A stretch of 64,000 bases of DNA from Mustelus asterias (lineage: Eukaryota): NCBI RefSeq assembly GCF_964213995.1, contig NW_027590144.1, positions 310,001-374,000 on the forward strand. The letters are read 5' to 3'. Made by a program: the position numbers and the translations under genes. This document shows positions 59,451 to 64,000 of this stretch, piece after piece. How positions within the stretch are numbered: the first letter of the stretch is position 1; every line of letters starts with the position of its first letter. The notes beneath the pieces are model-generated. The model was given only the letters and a program-made list of their open reading frames with translations, did no database searches and was not told the origin of the DNA.

Positions 59451-60952
59451 GAATGAAGATTGAGCTTCAGACAGACTCAAACTTCCTCTTGAGGCCAACA
59501 TCTGTGAGCAAAACACTTTATTTTCTCCCCCTTTCTATTTCTTTTCTCATTCTGGAGTTGAATTTTTAACTTCCAGGTCACCACTCGCTGCCTAAATAAA
59601 GATCCTCTCTCTCTGAATGAAGATTGAGCTTCAGACAAACTCAAACTTCCTCTTGAGGCCAACATCTGTGAGTAAAACACTTTATTTTCTCCCCCTTTCT
59701 ATTTCTTTTCTCATTCTGGGGGAAATTGGGGACTTGCAGCAAGTGAAGGGAAAGGAAGTGAATCCAGGGAGGCTGCAGACTCTGGAAAGGTTGGCCCAGG
59801 TCTCCCTCGCTCTCTCTTAAAGACATTGACATCCTTTGCTCCCTCAGCTTGACACATTTATTTGTCTGGCTAAAAAGATTATCTCTTTCCCAATGTTCAC
59901 AATTAAATGGCTGGTTTCCCCAGGAGATGGCTGACATTTCAGGGGACAGTAAATTAAAATCAGAAAGAGATATGTCTAGTGTTTTTATATGGTCCATATC
60001 AGATACATTATCTATTGTCTTGTAATAAAATATATTTAATATCTTTTCTTGCTGTGTAATCTTAGCTAGCTTATATATTTCCAGTCATCTCTTCCCTCAG
60101 AGTGTTGTACTATCTGGGTTTCTCTTCCTTAAAGACCAGTGAAGGCTGAAGATCATTGAATATATCATTGAGGGGACAAGGGAGTCAAGAGTTATGGGGA
60201 AAACAGAGAGAAATTTAAGATGAGGGATTTTTTCACTTCAGGATGTGGTGAAGTTTTGGCATTCTCTACACCAGAACCTTCGTCATAAAGTATGCTCAAG
60301 CAGGTGATTGATATATTTCTAGACATTGAAGATATCAAGAGATATGGGGGATAATCTGGCAGAGGTAAATCGGTCAGTGAGCTCATTGAATGGTTCAGCA
60401 GGCTCGATGGGCCGAATAGTCAACAGCAGCAACTATTTCTTCGGATCTGTGTCCAGGGCAGGAAGCAGTGAGCATGGGTCTGTCAATCAGCCTGAATTTA
60501 CAGCTCTTGGGGAATGAGAAAGGAAAGCACATTCCATAGAAACTTGAATTGTCTGTTTTGAATTTCTATCCTGTACTGACAGTGAGATATTTTCTAAATT
60601 GTTTTTACAGGATATTGGAAGAGGAGAAATCACTGACAGAAATCTCAGACGTGATGTGCATTTTGGACAAAATCACTCGATCCCTTGGGATGTGAATATC
60701 AGAGAAATGTTTGACCGGTCTGTCAACTTCAAAAGATTTTAAACATTAGTGTGGATGGAAAAGTACCAAGACACACATACGCCTGAGTGAGAGTGTTCCA
60801 GTGCACTGACTGCGGAAAGAGCTTTCAGCAGTTACACAGCCTGTAAAAAAAACATCCATTCATAGTGGGGAGAAACCGCACACGTGTTCTGTGTGTGTTT
60901 CCACGGCTTCAAAGGGTTGTCTGAACTGCAGGGATACAAGGAGACCCAAAAC

Positions 60953-61627
60953 ATGGAAAAACCGTGGATATGTGTGGACTGCGGGAAGGGATACAGAGCC
61001 CCATCAGAGCTGCAAGCTCATCAACGCATTCATACAGGAGATAGGCCATTCACCTGCTCTTGGTGTGGGAAAGGATTCACTCGCTTATCCACCCTCCAGT
61101 CACACCAGCGAGTTCACACTGGGGAGAGGCCATTCACCTGCTCTCAGTGTGGGAAGGGATTTACTCAGTTATCCAGCCTGCAAAAGCACCAGCTAATTCA
61201 CACCGGGGTGAAACCATTCACCTGCTCTCAGTGTGGGAAGGGATTTACTCAGTTATCCACCTTGCTGACACACCAGCGAGTTCACTCTGGGGAGAGACCC
61301 TTCATCTGCTCTGAGTGCGGGAAGGGATTCAGTCATTCATCCAGCCTGCAAACACACCAGCGAGGTCACACTGGGGAGAGACCATTCACCTGCTCTCACT
61401 GTGGGAAGGGATTCAGTGATTTATCCAACCTGCAGACACACCAGCGAGTTCACACTGGGGAGAGGCCATTCACCTGTTCTCAGTGTGGGAAGGGATTCAC
61501 TCAGTTATCCACACTGCAGTCACACCAGCGAGTTCACACTGGGGAGAGGCCGTTCACCTGCTCTCAGTGTGGGAAGGGATTCACTCAGTTATCTAACCTG
61601 GAGACACACCAGCGAGTTCACAAGTGA
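60953..61627 (+). CDS. C2H2 poly-zinc-finger protein Z9 (8 fingers, 224 aa)
   Basis: Intact [18 protein letters not shown]. Confidence 0.9.
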   Translation: MEKPWICVDCGKGYRAPSELQAHQRIHTGDRPFTCSWCGKGFTRLSTLQSHQRVHTGERPFTCSQCGKGFTQLSSLQKHQLIHTGVKPFTCSQCGKGFTQLSTLLTHQRVHSGERPFICSECGKGFSHSSSLQTHQRGHTGERPFTCSHCGKGFSDLSNLQTHQRVHTGERPFTCSQCGKGFTQLSTLQSHQRVHTGERPFTCSQCGKGFTQLSNLETHQRVHK

Positions 61628-62659
61628 TCACACGGGTTGGATTCTGCTGTTGTTGTTTCTGCTCTCAATTACATCCAGGACTGCATTTTGTTCATTCTCA
61701 CAGTTGGTCAATGGGGAGGGTCGGAGGGTTTCTTTCTGCTGAACTGGCCGGTCTCATGACTTTGCCTCCAGTGGGCTGATGCTCTTTGAGTCTTGTTGCG
61801 AATACCTGGTTTCAGATTTCACACGGATCACAGAGTGACAGGGTGTGAGGAAGTTCAGAGATATTTAGTCAGCATTTCTGTTTGAAACCCCCCCCAATGC
61901 CCATCCAATTTCCCTTGAAATTGTTTATTGTCTCCACTTCCTCCACCCTCATAGGCAGCGAGTTCCAGGTCATTACCATTCACTGCATCAAAATATTCTT
62001 CCTCATATCCCCTCACTGCATCTCTGATCCAAAACTTTAAATCTGTGTCCCCCTCGTCCTTGTCCCATCAGCTAATGGGAACAGCTTTTCTTTGTCCACC
62101 TTATTTAACCTGTCAGAATCTTGTCCACCTCTATCAAATCTTCCCTCAACCTCCTTTGCTCCAATGGGAACAACCCCAACCTGACATTGACAATAAAGAA
62201 CAAACAGAATATGTTAATACCTGAAATCAAATGGGAATGTTTAATTTCTGTTTTAAAGATATTGTGAATATATTGTCCTGGACAATAAAGGAATTGGAAT
62301 AACTCACCTTGGGTGCGGTTGAATGGAATATATCAATCTGGTATCCACCTGCATTCTTGAGAAAGTCTGGAATGTGTAGATGGGATGAATAAGTTGATCA
62401 CTTTCTCTTGGAAATACTTACATCCTTGTCCATGAACTTTGTTTTAAAGAAATCCACATTTGAAAGTCCGGCCACTACATGAAATATCAGCACCAGAACA
62501 GCAGGAGATAAGAAAGACAGACACTCACTTTGATCTTTTCATCAGCACATCTGAGAGTCAAGAATGTGTGACATGATTTTGGGATACGGGTGTGAGTGTG
62601 CAGATATGAATAGTTACATGTGAAAAATAGCAAGCCTAAATTCATGGTGCATTGGAGCA

Positions 62660-63155
62660 AAGAGCGGGTCCCAGTGGTCCCCAACATCTCAGATCCCAGT
62701 CTCCAGCCAAGTCGATCCACTCCACATAATATCAAGAAACAGTTGGAGGCACTGGATACTGCTAAGGCAATGGGCCCTGATAACATTCCAGACTTGTGCT
62801 CCAGAACTTGCCGGTTCCATAGCCAAGCTCTTCCAGTACAATTGCAACACTGGCATCTACCCGGCAATGTGGAAAATTGTCCTGAACACAAAAAGCAGGA
62901 CAAACCCAACCCGGCCAAATACCGCCCAATCAGCCTACTCTTGATCATCAGTGAAGTGATCATCGCTGTTCCTTCGCTGTCGCTGGGTCAAATCCTGGTA
63001 TTCCCTCCCTAACGGCATTGTGGGTCAACCCACAGCACATGGACTGCAGTGATTCAAGAGGCAGCTCACCACCACCTTCTCAAGGGCAACTAGGGATGGG
63101 CAATAAATGCTGGCCTCACCAGCAATGCCCATGTCTCACAAATGAATTAAATAAA
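62660..63155 (+). mobile_element. Internally deleted LINE of a distinct CR1/L2-group family
   Basis: LDTAKAMGPDNIP..KKQDKPNPAKYRPISLL is joined directly to a 3' end (gggcaactagggatgggcaataaatgctggcc). Confidence 0.75.
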
Positions 63156-63667
63156 GATGAGTAGTTAGTCCTGGGAATGGTTCAGCGAAGGGTTCCCTGC
63201 TATTCGAAACCCCAGGAAGGTGCCGTCCGTGCTTCTCAGAGGCAGTGACTGTTTCTCTGTCAGCCCCAGGATTTCACATTGTCGTCCACTTCTCTTGGAT
63301 CGATCACTGACTTGAAAGTGTGGAGTTGGTAGAGTTTCATTGATGAGTAAACTTGACCCGATCAGTTTCTAAAAGTTGCTTATAATCAATAAACTTTGAC
63401 ACAATTGACTGATTTGGTGTCTGAGTCTTTGCTTGATGGTTATATCTCTGCCAAATTCAAACCCTTTAAAAGGACAATTTGGGTTCTATAATTGGGCAGC
63501 GTACAGCCAAATTGGAACAATGTAACAGATCAAAAATAAACCTTTTTTAAACTGATAATGTCTTTGTAACAATCAGCAGCCCCAGCCTCTCCTGAGGGTT
63601 AAATGCTCTCAGTTCTGGGATTATTCTTGTGACTTTTTTTGCCCCTTCTCCAGTGCCTTTATTTCTA

Positions 63668-63942
63668 CAGTGGTTAGCACTGCTGCCTCACAAATCCAGG
63701 GAGACGTGTTTGATTCTGGCCTTGGGTGACTGTTTGTGTGAAGTTTGCACATTTTCCCTGCAGGTGCTCCGGTTTCCACCCACAGTCCAACGATGTGCAG
63801 GTTAGGTAGATTAGCTATGGCAAATATGCGGGGTTCGAGGCTCGGGTGGAATAGACCTGGCTGGGATGAACTTTTGGAGAGTCAGTACAGACTCAATTGG
63901 GCTGAATGGCCTCCTTCCGCACTGGAGGGATTCTATGATTCT
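63668..63942 (+). mobile_element. HE1-like SINE (degenerate)
   Basis: cagtggttagcactgctgcctcac head, partial V-domain, tail. Confidence 0.8.
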
Positions 63943-64000
63943 AAATGGAGATCACAACTGTTGACAGTATTCCCAGTGTAGTATAATCGCGTTTCTAATC

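Noticed and set aside
61750-61785. SECIS element enabling Sec read-through of the conserved TGAs
   Set aside because: ATGA..GA spacing is too short, there is no apical AA, ATGA is ACGA in several copies, and frameshifts break the upstream frame anyway.

Overview
Eukaryotic, repeat-dense genomic DNA, almost certainly from an elasmobranch (shark/ray), judged by abundant HE1-type V-SINEs and their CR1 partners. The backbone is a cluster of nine paralogous C2H2 zinc-finger loci: six have intact arrays of 7-14 fingers and three are disrupted. None has a recognisable KRAB/SCAN/BTB domain. Most sit in head-to-head pairs around CpG-rich CCAAT/GC-box promoters and share duplicated 5' micro-exons and a 1-3 kb 3' cassette. 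Interspersed are: one full-length CR1 with intact ORF1 (ZnF/coiled-coil/SGNH esterase) and ORF2 (APE-RT); many CR1 fragments; Penelope-like elements with minimal hammerhead motifs; a Tx1-like 3' end; Gypsy/LTR remnants; about 17 SINEs; and a decayed R2-clade retrotransposon outside rDNA that the ORF track misses. The most notable signals are (i) a canonical U_UUA_AAC slippery heptamer just before the CR1 ORF1 stop that would -1-shift into the open ORF2 frame, (ii) an N-cap/variable/C-cap grammar in the effector-less ZNF arrays, with a fossil in-phase N-terminal exon set, (iii) the R2 remnant with a 28S-target-like motif, and (iv) a 28-bp minisatellite of CRE palindromes beside a bidirectional ZNF promoter. 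All calls were made by eye, with no searches run, and repeat boundaries are approximate.
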